DNA of 64,000 nucleotides from IMG/VR virus record IMGVR_UViG_3300031539_000003. One strand, given 5' to 3'. Both the position numbers and the translations under genes were made by a program. This document shows positions 1-13,212 of this stretch, in pieces. How positions within the stretch are numbered: the first letter of the stretch is position 1; every line of letters begins with the position of its first letter. The stretch comes from an uncultured virus (IMG/VR IMGVR_UViG_3300031539_000003). Taxonomy: Duplodnaviria; Heunggongvirae; Uroviricota; Caudoviricetes. The notes beneath the pieces are model-generated. The model saw only the letters and a program-made list of their open reading frames with translations. It ran no database searches and had not been told where the DNA came from.

Positions 1-210
1 AGTGACCGTTCCTAGTCTTACGTTTTTAACTATGAGCCCAGATTCTTCTTCTGTTTCTCTCATCGCACATTTTTCCCATGACTCTCCTGCTTCGAGATGT
101 CCTCCTGGTGGACACCAGTCTCCTTCTCCATGCGTCCCTTTTCTGAGTCCCATAAGGAGGGTATTATCTTTTATGATATAAACGCCGACTCCTACTTTCG
201 GTCTATTCAT
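1..210 (-). CDS. Nudix hydrolase (MutT/NUDT15-like), runs off the window edge
   Basis: Hand translation from ATG at 210: [59 protein letters not shown], containing the Nudix box GX5EX7REXXEEXGL; RBS CAGGAG upstream. Not in the ORF track. Confidence 0.9.
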   Translation of the reverse strand, partial: MNRPKVGVGVYIIKDNTLLMGLRKGTHGEGDWCPPGGHLEAGESWEKCAMRETEEESGLIVKNVRLGTVT

Positions 211-234
211 CTTTTTCTCCTGATTAACGGTATA

Positions 235-254
235 ATCATAATATACCGATCATC
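235..254 (-). promoter_or_regulatory. Class-2 promoter-like motif GATGATCGGTATATTATGAT
   Basis: Variant of the GATGA-N-TTATATTAT motif seen 5 times just upstream of an RBS. Confidence 0.45.
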
Positions 255-268
255 AGAAGAAAAATTAA

Positions 269-823
269 CTACACTATTCGTTCCTTAGGTGGTAAAAGCA
301 ATTTCCCCTGCTTAACCCACTTGCAGACAGTAGACGCATCTACTCCATGAATTTTACCGTACTTCTTTAACACTCCTGCTCTCACTCTTTTTTTGGACCC
401 CATTTTAGGGCCTCTCTTCCGGTCTGTTTTCGCTGTATACTCATATTCAATGGGAATTATCTCTCCACTAAGTGTTTCCCCGGGTATCCACCGGAAAGTT
501 CTTCCTTTTATTATCGAGAGTGCTGCTGTATTTGAGATACCGAATATCCTAGCTATGGCATTAGCTGGTATTTTATCTTTTACTCCCATTTTACGGATTC
601 TTTGAACCTTGCTGATGGTAAGATTAGATCCTCTCAAATTCCTTTTCTGCTGTTCTTTGGACAATTTCTGGGGTGGTATCAGATCAAATACATGAAACCA
701 AACTGCATTTGCTCTGCATTCGAACTTACGGGCTATATAATGTATGGCAAACCCATCTTCTACCAGTTTTCTCATTCTATCAATATGACTTCCGGAGAAC
801 TTGCTATTATACCTATTGTACAT
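269..823 (-). CDS. Multi-HTH DNA-binding protein
   Basis: Three HTH-like segments (IARKFECRANAV, IARIFGISNTAALSII, YGKIHGVDASTVCKWV); basic protein. Confidence 0.55.
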   Translation of the reverse strand: MYNRYNSKFSGSHIDRMRKLVEDGFAIHYIARKFECRANAVWFHVFDLIPPQKLSKEQQKRNLRGSNLTISKVQRIRKMGVKDKIPANAIARIFGISNTAALSIIKGRTFRWIPGETLSGEIIPIEYEYTAKTDRKRGPKMGSKKRVRAGVLKKYGKIHGVDASTVCKWVKQGKLLLPPKERIV

Positions 824-2427
824 CTGTCATCCTTTTTAAATTGAGTCGAATATCATATTCATTTACTCTTTTTTATTTTTTAACTCATCCATGTATATTC
901 CATTATTTATTCCATGAAGGTCTGATAGGTCACTACCCTTATCGCCGATAAATACCCCATTATTCTTCTTTGACAGGACTTCTTTAATTTCCTGAAATTC
1001 TATTTCAATATCAATTATCCCAGTCCTAATTTCTTCCAACTTCCACATTAAAACATCAAACTGTTCATCTTTCATAATAATCCTTTTACGAAAACCAATG
1101 TATTATTTCACCTTCTTTTACATCAAACACATATGCTGTAAATTTAAAGTCGTAAAAAAGATGATTACCAAAACTATGCACCTCATTCTCATCCTTAAAT
1201 ACTCTGACTGTTCCATCGCTATTTCTAATGAAATCTACGATTTCTTGTTTTTGCTCATTTACTACATATATTATCAATAACATTATTTTACATCCCTTAT
1301 GTTATATGTTATTTCCACCATTTATACCATCCTCCCCCTCCTGAACTCCCTCCCCCGTAAAACCGCAAGATTTGCAATGCGGTGCACTCCAACACGTTCT
1401 ACCCTGATTGACTGTATGGCATAAACAATCGACTGAAATATACTCTGTTTCACTACTATCACATTTAGGACAATTCGGATGATTCTCAAGATTCTCAAGA
1501 TAAAGTACTCCAGGAAATTTGTTGCTTTTCTTCGTGGAAACTTCATACTTTTTAACATACTCCTCAACATTACCACACTCAACAACCGTATTAACACGAT
1601 TTCCTTTATCAACCTTAATCTGAAATTGCTTTATATAATCACAGAAATGTTGTGCAATGTCTTTTTGCCTCTCGTAATCAGCCTTCCCCCCTGGATTTCT
1701 TACTTGCCAGCCCATCGACTGTTGCTAATTGACAATCAGCAAGATAAAGTAATGCATCTTCCGGACTTCTCACTTCGAATGATCTCATAATACCTTTACC
1801 TTTTCATCTTTTTTATCAACAAACCTTTTGGGGACTTCTATATAAGTAATTTTCTTTCCATTCTTATGTACAGTATACTTATTTGCCCGTTCAAGTATTC
1901 TGCCGATTTGAAGCAAATCATCATCGTTTTCAGGGATTAATCTGACGTAATAACCATCAATCTTAATCTGTTTCATCTATTATCCTTCCGATAAGGTTTT
2001 GGTGAAATTTCATGCACTCACTTTCTTGATACCGATTCCCACGAGAACAGATATCTATTGCTATACATTCTGCGCATTTATCGGGAAACTTGTACCATAC
2101 AGGTATCCACTCTATTTTTTCGCTATCTTGCCCCATTTTTCATCTTTCTACTTTAAATGTTAATCCCGAATTTTCTCAACATGGTTTCAAATTGCTGCCA
2201 CTCTTTTTTATCATACGCTAATTGTCCAACTGATTTTGTCCACAACCGATGAAACAATGACCTTAATTGAGAGAAATCCTTTGATTCTTCTTCTTTTTTT
2301 GCATTTAATCGTAAAACTTCACGACTACACCTGATGCAACATTGTTTTGGATATTCTGCTACTATTCTTGTAAATCCTTTTTCATCAATCGGCATATCGG
2401 GATTTTTAGTATTACAGAGCACAGCCG

Positions 2428-2598
2428 TTAACAACCCTCCATTACTATTCTGAGTCGTTTTTTTATTGGATTCGCATTCTCTTTCTATTTTGCATCAAAT
2501 TCATCTTTTTTTCTCTGCCATTTTCTTGTTTCCATCCTACATGCCGGACAGCCACAATCGAATGGGGGATCCTTAAATTTTCTTAATTTACTACTCAC
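2428..2598 (-). pseudogene. Short Cys-containing ORF with an in-frame TAG at 2485-2487
   Basis: GTG start: MSSKLRKFKDPPFDCGCPACRMETRKWQRKKDEFDAK*KENANPIKKRLRIVMEGC; it fills the gap between its neighbours. Confidence 0.5.
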
Positions 2599-2864
2599 TT
2601 CAGTACCACTAAATCTCTTCCGCATTTAGGGCACATCGATTTCTTATGGATTTTAATAAGCACTTCAATAGCCATAGAATTATCACATTTTCTACATGGT
2701 GGTTTCATTTCTATTGTCCTAGATGGTTTACTCACTGGCTGCTCTTCCTTTAATTTGTGACACATATAATCTTTACATGCATACCCAGTCTTTTTACACT
2801 TCCAACCATCTTTCTTATCACAATCTTTTGAAAAAATATCGAACTCTCTTTTCGTCATCTCCAT

Positions 2865-3203
2865 TTATAACTCCATCTCCTCCCACCCTGAATTGCAGGG
2901 GTGTTTAATTGCGTGCACTTCTTCATCGTTGATAATGGTCCTTGGGCTTGGTGAATCCCATACTATTTGGTGATATTTCAATCCGATTGACTTCAACATT
3001 CTTCCGGTATTAGGTATTGAGAATGGATGGATTATATCCCAATTTGCTCCCCTGAAAGTAGTCAGGACAATCATTGCTCCATCGTCATATGCCTTATTAA
3101 TCTTTTCGACTGCCCCGGGTAATGGTTTTTCTGTCTCTGTATGCAGGACTGTTCCATCTAGGTCGATAAATTTAGTCCCTTTAGATACTTGAATGAGCCC
3201 CAT
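2865..3203 (-). CDS. Small capless HAD-superfamily phosphatase
   Basis: Motif I FIDLDGT, motif II LTTFR, C-terminal INDE. Confidence 0.7.
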   Translation of the reverse strand: MGLIQVSKGTKFIDLDGTVLHTETEKPLPGAVEKINKAYDDGAMIVLTTFRGANWDIIHPFSIPNTGRMLKSIGLKYHQIVWDSPSPRTIINDEEVHAIKHPCNSGWEEMEL

Positions 3204-4973
3204 TATTCCCCCATTTCTCTCGATGATACATACCCTAATGTTTTCATTTCTTCGGGTGACACTAAAGTATTAAGTGGAAGTTCTGGTTCATCAATCATAT
3301 ACGCCTGTGCATGGTCATAATCTGGTGCTATTCCCAGTTTTTCCATTTCGCACCTTGCTACTGCAGGGCAATCGGCTTTAACATTTATACAGCCCTGATT
3401 TTTGCCATCTTTTGAAAGAGATATAAAGAAATACGGCATCTACCTACTCCTTTTTTTATGTTATTGCGCCACTATTCCGGCTCACAGACAAGGGTATCCC
3501 CATCTTCAGTTACTTTCATCTTATTGTCCTTCTGCTAATACCTTATTGCTTCTTTTCCTAATACATTCTGTGCACAATTTTTTAAATTCACCTTTAGTAA
3601 GATGCCCCCAGTGCTTATATGTAACGCCCATAGTACCACAATCATCACATTTTTCGTCAGGCCAATACCCCTTTGTTGTATCACCCATTCTTAATCCTTC
3701 CGATTAGTCTTTCGCCCCATGTCAATTTTCTCCCCTGGGTCTTCACTATCGTTTCTTCCGGAAATACAGGGATAATCTTTGCTGCGCATGCATCAAATGA
3801 ACTTTCTCTTTTTAGTCTTAACTCCTCAGATATTTTTTCGGCTTCTTCAATATTGTCTGCATCTATTTCATAAACATTAAATCCGTTACTTGTGACATGC
3901 CACCCGTGGATAACGACAATAAACCTTGCCGTTTTTTCTTTAAGCCATTGGTCATCACAGATTTCATGCATTCTTCTGATAATTTTGCCGTCTATAAGTG
4001 TTTTACCGTTTTTCATTTTCTTCCTGAACTGAACGTACCATACCATCTATCATTGATGTCATCCATTCGCTAAAACTTACCATCATATTATCAAACCTTA
4101 ATTTCATTATTCTAAAACAGTCAGGGGATCCTTGTTTCCACCCGAAATTAATCCATGTCCTATATCCTTCACTTTTCCCAGGTCTGGTCGCTGTACTAAA
4201 AGAGAAAACCCACAGATTAAAGATAAAATGTTTCCCATATTTTGTATCTTTGGTAAACTGCAGAAGTGCTCCACCCTGAATACTATACCCTACAGTCCAA
4301 TCTTTATAAAAGGTTTTCCTGAGAAATCCTTTATTCTTCATGTAAATTTTCTTTTTCGGTTTCAATTTACCGAAGTAATTTGCTTTAATGAGCCAGGGGC
4401 TATTTTTCATTCTCCAACACCTTTTCTACCCTTTGTACTATTTCATCTCTGGTATACCCAGCAACGCAGAATATCACATTAAACTCATCGGTTATTTTGT
4501 TTGCTAAATTTCTATTAGGATATTGATATGGGCATACCCCGTTCTCAAATTGACATGGCTGATCAGGATTATAATGATTACATTCTTTACACTTACCCAC
4601 TTATATCCCATCACTTAAATATTAGAAAACATGGAGAAATAGTCTTACGATAACGCACCTTTGGCATCTCTATTAAAGCAGTACGCCATCCCTTAACTCT
4701 TATCACCTTACTGTAAGATTTATAATGATAATCCCATAGATATTTTCTGTATATCAATGCCCATAGCCATCTAATTATTTTCAGTCTACCTATTTTCATA
4801 TTGCTCTATATCAGCCTTTATTGCTTCAATATCCTTCCGATACGAATTATTGGCAAATGCTTCAAAAAGTTTTGGATTTTCCTTCTCCATACGCAGCCTT
4901 AATGCTTCAAGTGCTGTTTCAAGGTTACCCAGTGCTTCGTAGGCAAGTTTAAGTTGTGCTTCATTCTCAATCA

Positions 4974-5399
4974 CTATTTCTTCTTTCTGGGTAGCATTAC
5001 TGTCTTTTGACAGTCTATACGCTTAAAAAGTGCTTTTCCTGCACCCATGATAACTTGCTGAGCATTTTCATTAAACATAGCAAATCTTATTTTAGAAATA
5101 TCACGACCTTTAAACTCATCTTTAAGATTATCTTCATAAAGGGTCACTTTCATTTTCTTGCCCCTTATTTGATTATTCCCCGTACCTTTACATACCCTAC
5201 ATGTCTCGCTATAAGTAAAAGGCGCATTAGTATCCCATGCTTGCCCCTGACTTAATACAGTGCCTTCTCCCTTACAGTTAACGCATTTACCCTCTGCTCT
5301 AAGTCGTTCTTCTTCTTCTCGAAGCCTTGTACAATAACCACAATCTGTACAAAGATTAAAACTCATAGACCCCCTACCATGCCCACAACTTCTACTCAT
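4974..5399 (-). CDS. Hypothetical protein with DnaJ-type CxxCxGxG zinc-finger repeats
   Basis: CVNCKGEG and CRVCKGTG. Confidence 0.55.
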   Translation of the reverse strand: MSRSCGHGRGSMSFNLCTDCGYCTRLREEEERLRAEGKCVNCKGEGTVLSQGQAWDTNAPFTYSETCRVCKGTGNNQIRGKKMKVTLYEDNLKDEFKGRDISKIRFAMFNENAQQVIMGAGKALFKRIDCQKTVMLPRKKK

Positions 5400-8300
5400 A
5401 TATTAATCCTTAAAACGGCAAATTCTCATCCCACAAATCACCACGCTTAACCTTAACTGCCATCACATGACTTTCTTTACAGATAACCGATACCTCACAA
5501 TCATATATCTCTGGTTCTTCTTCATTACTACAAAATCCATCCGTATTAGAATTGAAAAATCCGCAATAATGATTTATGCAAACCATACCTTCTTTATTTT
5601 CCTTATCACTCATCTTTTTCCCCATTTACCAATTTATCTGCCGGATTTTTATAAAGTATAGATAAAACAATAGCCATTACAACTTCAGGGTCTTCCGAAG
5701 GTATATTACCGGCTAAACGCATTTTAGTAATTGCATCGGCAAAATCTTTACTCATCCCACACTCCTATATTAATTCACAGTTATCACAACTTCCCAAATC
5801 ACTCAATCTCTCGCACCCATTATGTTCTTTCCACCAGGGGCATACCGGAATCAACTTTGCTTCCTTAATCATGATTGTATATGCATCATGCACGGCATCT
5901 GGGCATCTTTCTTCGACATTATAACAGCATGATTCACTGGTTAATCTATAAACTTTCCGTAGCGATGGATATTGTGGAACTCCCAAAGAATCACTATCGC
6001 CGGTTGCAGCAACTACTCTACCAGTCTCATCGATTAATTCCCAATGACTATGCTCTCCGTTATCAGCATATCTTTCTGCTAATATTGGTTTCTTAACTTT
6101 TTCCACTACTTTACCCCTTTCATCACTATTCCATATCTTCTAAATCTTCCAGATCTTCATCTTCGACTCCTACTATACGATATTCTTTTCCTTCTTCAAG
6201 ACCAGGGCAATTAAAGGATATACATTCTGATTTTTTACCGTCTTTATCAACTATTGTTATTTTTGCCATTTTTCACTTTCTCCTTGGTACTCCTCTAATC
6301 CATGCCTTACGTTTAGTTTTTTGCCCCATTTTATACTTGGCAGTATCGCATACAAAAGACCACCCGTCATCCACAAGTTCCTGACAACGCTTTCCTTCAT
6401 ACCCATTCAATGTTCTGAGAACCATTTTGTCGTCTATCTTCCCACCTGATATATGATATGCAACAAATCCCTTTTTAATAAAATCATTAGGTTTAGCTGG
6501 CATCCTTTTTCTCCTATATCTTTTCGAATACTTCTTCTATTTTTTTAAAATAATCTAAAACTTTTTCCATTTCTTCTTGGGATAGTATTCTCATATTAAA
6601 AAAACAAGGATACCCATTAACGCTCCTTGGTCCTGCTTCACTCATATACTGGTAAATCATCCCCGGTTTCGAGTCAACCAATTCCTTTCTTCCCTTCTCA
6701 TCCATAAGAAGAAGTGGTATAAATATCGAACCTGCCAAATACTGATCTTCCGGCTTTATATTCCTATCAGTAAATATTGTACCTGCCCGAATTGCCATTG
6801 CTATCTCTTTTAATTCCTTGTCAGTTTTCATTACTTTCCTCATTCTTCTTTATAGTTCTTTCACACTGCTGAATTGCCCAATCCATTTTTTCAGGAGCAA
6901 TATCATCAACAGAACCATACATCCTATTAAACAAATCTATTTGACCAGGTGTACATTGTTTCAATAATCTTCTTAATTCTTCATGTTTAAATTCTGCTAT
7001 TTTTTTTAACGTTTCACTCATCTTTAATCCTTGGTTGTTCTTCCTTAATACGCAATAATACTAAAATTTTACCTATCAATGGTAACCCATAATCTTCAGC
7101 AGCCAAAAGAGTAACATTCCCAATACTAAGTGGAAAACGTTCCCAAAATGCAAAAAGACGAATACAGGGAGTATCCCTTCCAAACTTATAATAATACCAC
7201 TTCCCACCTTTAATCCATCTATATATTTTTAAGTCTTCTATTAACGATTTCAGCAATCTTATCACCTTTCTTATTTTCTTCTTTAGCCGGTACTAAATCA
7301 TCACTAAATTTACCAGATATTAATACTTTAACTTCTGAAGTTAATTGATCAAAAGCATTGCCAAGCATTTTCCTTATTGTTTTTTCTCTATTTTCAGCAA
7401 CAATATACAAAGAACAGACGGGACAAACATCAGCATTGAAGCCAACAGTCTCATGCCCCTTGTCACATTCATACATAAAACTAGGCACTATTTACCCCCA
7501 CAATTTCCATTAACACAAAGCCATTTCTTTTGAGCCCCACAATGAACGCAGCAAGGGTCTGATTCCTTTGTCTTAACGTTAGTAACTATCATACCTAACT
7601 CACTGAATGACACATGTATTTCTTCACAATTACTTGCTATATCAGAATCAAATACATATTCCCTTGCTTTTGGTTGCCCATTTTTCTCTTTTCCCCTGAG
7701 AGCATCGGGTTCTCTTATTATTATCTTCATTATAATTGCGATCCACTAATCTTCAATTTTATCCCCATTAATTTCTTGCCCTTCTTCAATCATCTTAACA
7801 AAATTCTCAATTAAATATCGAGGGCCTTTTCCTTTGCAAATCTCATCGTTACATCTTGCGATGACAGTCAATTCCAATCCATTAAGGTCTTTCATTGTTA
7901 TGCCCTTTTCCTTTTAACTCTCTTTAGATCGTAAGCCCCAGATATTCCCTTTAGCCAAATAACTGCTGTTGCAGACATCACTTCAGCTTCTGACCTTGTA
8001 ACTGTATCCCGAATCTCACCATCATCGAGAGTGACAGTAACAGCATCTCCAACATTACATTTACTATTAAACTTATCTACTCGTTCTTGAGCACGTTTAA
8101 CCATTGTTTCAATTTTCATTTTCATCATCCTTTGCTCGAAGATTAAGGCGGACAATCAATTTCTCCTTATCATGATATTCCCCTGTCACTATATCAACTT
8201 CAAGAACCTTACAATAATGAGTAGCCCTATGATAAGGTTTACGCCACAATATTTTCCATTCGCCATTACAATGTGGACATTTCTTTATGTCACTCATTCC

Positions 8301-10074
8301 GGCCCCGAATAAGATGTATAATTATCTTCATTCAATTCAGCCCTCATATTCCACTGCTTACCCATTTTCTTAATATTATAATCAATCATATCATGCACAC
8401 ATACGGTTGATACCGATCCACGACAACAGGTACATTCCCATCCAACTAAATATTGTTCACCAATAGTAGGGATTAAAAGAACTGTTGCTTTTCCACCACA
8501 ATGAGAACACGATTTTACAATTAACCTACTCATACTTAATCCCAATAGTATTGATGTTTTTCATTTTTCTGCTTTTCTTTAGGTTTTACAGGTTCATCTT
8601 TTTTATCTGGTCCTATTTGTATTTCATTTCCTGTCTTCTCGAAATAATATTGCTCAAGATCACGTACTGTTTTCATAGGTTTTTTCGCTATAAAATGTGG
8701 GAGGTGCATCATTTCACCGTTAGGCATATTAAACATTTCTGCTTTTGTAATAGGGGCATACTTTTTATTAAAATGCAAATCGAAGTAATCATCACCATCC
8801 ATAAACCAATGATCAAAACATGAAGAGCACATTACAACTATATCCTGATCTTTTCTCCAAAAACAATAATTGATCCAATCAATGATAGGATCCCCAGTAT
8901 CAAATTCCTTTACTTCGCCATCGACATTAATAGCAATACATTCATAGGTTGATTGTTTCCCATCATCATACTCAATTGAAAGGTGTGCTAAACACATATT
9001 AACCTCCATTTTCTACTGGGAAAGGCTCTTCTTCCCCCGTATGGATAATGACATGATTAGGTTTATACTCAACAATCCTATCACAATAATGCTCATTACA
9101 TTGATAACAACGGCGTGAACAATCACGAGCAAAATCATCAAAGTTCTCATTTGTTACTATCATTATTTTCTCACTTTAAAAGGATTCTTTTTTTCAAGCC
9201 CCAATGTTGTAGGAATATCAGTTAATAAATTGCCACATTTTGGGCATACTTCAACTTCCATAACATGGCTTTTATGGCTACAGTCTTTTCCATCAGGAGC
9301 ATCTATACATAAAGAAGCCGTTCTAACAAAATCAGCCCCATCACCATCGTCCCACAACACCGGAGTAAACCATTCATCGTTAAGAAAAAGATCGTCCCCT
9401 AAGGTCACACCCTTTTTACCGGTACCTTCCCAACCATCATCTATCATTACTCGCATTCTGATTCCTCATTTCCCTTTATCCCCCTACTGCCGAACGTAAC
9501 TACAACCCCGTCCTTTGCTGCGTCTTCGACAAGATCATCTTGCGCTTTAACAAGATCTTTTGAAGCCTTTTTCCTATCCTTATCATTATCGGCTGACAAC
9601 AATGCTGCCATTGCACTTCCTAAAGTCATTTCGATTTCTCCATTTCTTCATGTTCTTCTTCATGGTCAGAGCATACGAAACATAAGTTTCTTATGTCAAC
9701 AACCTGATTATATTTTTTGCTATAAAAATTGTAATTATTAAAATGAGGATCACCCTCAACAATAGAGAATCTTTTACAACCATCATACTCACAAGTTAAT
9801 CTTATTTTAACTAACATTGGAGATGTACCACATTTAGGGCATTTTGAATCAAGATCATCAGCAGGAACATCAAACTTTTTCCATGTTTCATAATTACATT
9901 GCCGACATCGCAATTTCCTAAGTTTCTTCACTTCTTTGTTCCTCGTTTCTCCTCTGGTTCCTCTCTGTCAATATCCTTAAAATGGTACAAGTTGTTATTG
10001 CCCTAAGAAATAAAACATCTATACAAAACAAAAAGAAAACGAATTTTAATATATCTTCCATAATAACCACCTTA

Positions 10075-10704
10075 TTATTTGGAATATTTTTTACACTTGT
10101 CAATGCAATCTATTATAGCATCCACAATACTTTGGGGTGTTCCTGTAGCATCAATTCTAATCCCATCGCAATCATTCTCATAATACTCATACACCCTTTT
10201 TCTGAATTCTAAATCTTTACTTTCAAAATTATCTCGTTCAGTCGTATTTTTCATCCTATCAAGAATAACACCCCAGGATACAGATAAAATAAAGTTTATA
10301 TCAGGTTTACAAACATTGCAAAAACCTAAATTCTTAGTAAATATTTTTTCAGCAATATACCTATCAAGAAGCTCCTTTTTAGTAGTACCAGATGAATATA
10401 TTTGATAAGCTGCAGTAGAATAATACCACCTATCACCTACAACCATCTTACCATCGGCAAGCGCAGGTATTATAACCTTATCGCAAGTTTCTGAGAACGA
10501 AGCAATAAATAACAATAATTGAGTCCGATTAGTAACAGGATCTTTAGCATGTAATAATATTTCCCTTATCTTCTCGCCAGATGCAGTTGTACCAGGTTCT
10601 CGAATATAAAGAGCATCAGGATACACTTTCCTTAACTCATTAATTACTGTTGTCTTACCAACGAAATCAGGGCCTTCAATAGTTATAAACATTCCACCCT
10701 TCAT
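10075..10704 (-). CDS. tmk: Thymidylate kinase
   Basis: FITIEGPDFVGKTT P-loop, REPG, DRWYYSTAAYQ, KPD, DNFE; 209 aa. Confidence 0.92.
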   Translation of the reverse strand: MKGGMFITIEGPDFVGKTTVINELRKVYPDALYIREPGTTASGEKIREILLHAKDPVTNRTQLLLFIASFSETCDKVIIPALADGKMVVGDRWYYSTAAYQIYSSGTTKKELLDRYIAEKIFTKNLGFCNVCKPDINFILSVSWGVILDRMKNTTERDNFESKDLEFRKRVYEYYENDCDGIRIDATGTPQSIVDAIIDCIDKCKKYSK

Positions 10705-11419
10705 AACTTCACCCCAACCACCTTAATGATCATACGACTTTTAAGTAATTCCTTTTTATTATAAATCAGATACAATAATTTTAATACATACTTCCCGGCC
10801 TTAGAGATATAATATTTATCACCATTATGGGCTAACAGCCCCTTTCTCTCTAATGATGCATATGTAGCACCAGAGAAATCTGGTGTTATAATCTCCCAAT
10901 TTTTATCATCTGCCAACTCATTCTCATGAGTCATCGCCAATAATTGCGCCTGCCTTTTAGATACTTGTAAACTAAAGGCAATATTAGTCGTTGAATCCCT
11001 AAAACACTTCTTCCAATGCTCTTCACTCATAATTAGTCCTTGTATTCATAGTATGTGCCATAATACAGTCAAGCATCCTGCCTTTATCTGAATCTGTAAC
11101 TACCGGTTTACCCCAAAACTCCTTAACTGCCCTATGCCATATATCTTCATTACAATTCGCTTTAAGCCTATTTTTAAGGGTCTCTATCTCAGTAGCAAGT
11201 AGCAGAGCAGGACATGGGTTTATGCCCCTTAAATCGCACCCTACACACTTACAGCCCTTCATTGTCCTTTCTTTATCCTCATAAGCGTTCCACCGCTTTA
11301 CTATTTCTTCCCCTAACTGATCCGGAATCCCTGGGGCTATTCCTGCAACTCCAGTATCAGGATCGCTGGTAAATACCAACTCATTACCATTCCAAAACAT
11401 TTCGCCTGTCCACTTTAAT

Positions 11420-11690
11420 TTAAAACCCATTAGTATCATCCCCCTGACGTCGTTCCCAATCTCCAATTCTTAATATTAACTCCTCATACTCACTTTCAGA
11501 CAATTGCCTAGTTTCAATCCACGCACCCGTGAAGGGTGCGACCTTTCCAACAAGGAGGATTATGATTACACCCACCAATCGTAAAAGCACCCTTCTCTAA
11601 ATTGCCTACAATATCCCTGCAAAGAGAGTTAAACGCTTTCTCATCTTCATATGCTCTTGCAAATCTACAGGCTGATACTGAAATAGTCAT
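11420..11690 (-). pseudogene. Small gene apparently interrupted by a CRISPR repeat
   Basis: ORF from ATG 11690 stops at the TGA inside the repeat (11514-11516); a second frame RQLSESEYEELILRIGDWERRQGDDTNGF* runs 11509-11420. Confidence 0.55.
11511..11542 (-). CRISPR. Solitary type I-C CRISPR direct repeat (no array, no cas genes in window)
   Basis: Minus strand GTCGCACCCTTCACGGGTGCGTGGATTGAAAC: 32 nt, CGCACCC/GGGTGCG stem, ATTGAAAC end; GC-rich in an AT-rich context. Confidence 0.9.
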
Positions 11691-13212
11691 TTATTATACA
11701 GCCTCTAATCTTTCTTTTATATTATTTTTCCCTGGCACACTCCTAATTTCTTTCACAGGAAATGCAGCATAAACGTGTATAACAGATGATTTCGACTCAA
11801 TGCCCATAACTTTCCATCCTTCATTTAAGATACGGCATAACCCTTTTTCAAATCCTCCACCTTCACTCTCCCATGTAAAAACTTCTACTTCTTCGTACAT
11901 TCTTCGATTATCCATATCCATTGTAAAAATAGGAGTACATCCTTCATAATTCTTTCTTGGGCATGGGTCACAATCTTGTTTATAATGAGGCCGCGCTCCA
12001 CCACAGGCATGATTATCCGAACAACTACGAAAATTTTTACAAATTACGTACATACTTCATCTTCTTCCACTTCAGGTTTTACAGGTTTAGCCGTAACTTC
12101 CATCAACCTTTCAGCAATAGCCCCAATTGCCAACTTTCTTGCCTTTCCATATCCTTCTGACACATGGCATAATACTAATGTATCTTTAGCATAACCGCTC
12201 CAGGGCAAATCAATCTTATAACAATCGCACTTTTCGTGCGAATAATAATCAATGTAAATCGGATTCTTTGACAATGCATGCCCCCTGTTCATTAATATCC
12301 TTTTTCAAAATAGCACAATGAATCTTAAAAAATCCCAAAGGAGACCACCTGTACAAAGGTTCTGCATTTTCACATCCAAAACATGCCTGTTTATCTTCTT
12401 CTTTTTGAGATTTCATACATCTTCCCCCATAAGCCATCTCTCTGTCAATTTTTCATCATAAACTATTCTATCATAAAAATCATCTCTTGCTTTTTCATAT
12501 GCTTTTTTACAAATATCATCACAAACAAAATCACCATCTGCACTCAAAAGAATACCACCATCTTTCATTTCTTTTTGACAATAAAAACACCTCATTAACA
12601 TCATTCTCCATTTTTTATCTTTTTAACACATAAATCTGAACATTCAGTACTTACTCTATAAGATTTAAATTTCAAAGCACACTTCTTACAAATACCGTAT
12701 TGCCCCCTATTAGTACTAATTACACTTACACGATCATCCGGAAACAAAACGTTACAATTCCAACACCTAACTTGTCCCTTCATAAATATGAACATTTGAG
12801 TTTCAAGAAAATCTATACCCAATGATTCCAGTTTATAATGCATATTTTTTATCTTCACTGGCATTCCATCTTCATCTTTAATCATATCAACACCACGGGT
12901 CTCTCTTATAGCATTAGGTAGATTAGACGAAAGGGGATTTTCTGCATGTCCTTCGAGTTCAAGGATTCTCTCACATTCCCTGACCACATCTTCCCACCAA
13001 TATGTCTCTTCTCTTCTTAATGGAAGTTGTATTTCCATTACCTCCATGCCTATAATACTATCAAAACGACCTCCACGCTCAATCTTCTGCCACCCATATT
13101 CATGCTCCATCCCTTCATTCTGAACTCGCCCACCAGGATCAGGAATATAGATTTCATCTCCTGCTCTTATTTTATCTTTTCTTACTTCGAGATACCTTAA
13201 CATCGTTCCTCC

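Noticed and set aside
11440..11620. A CRISPR mini-array around the repeat
   Set aside because: No convincing second repeat 30-40 nt away on either side; the CAATC..GCACCC resemblance near 11576-11592 is weak and lies in coding sequence.
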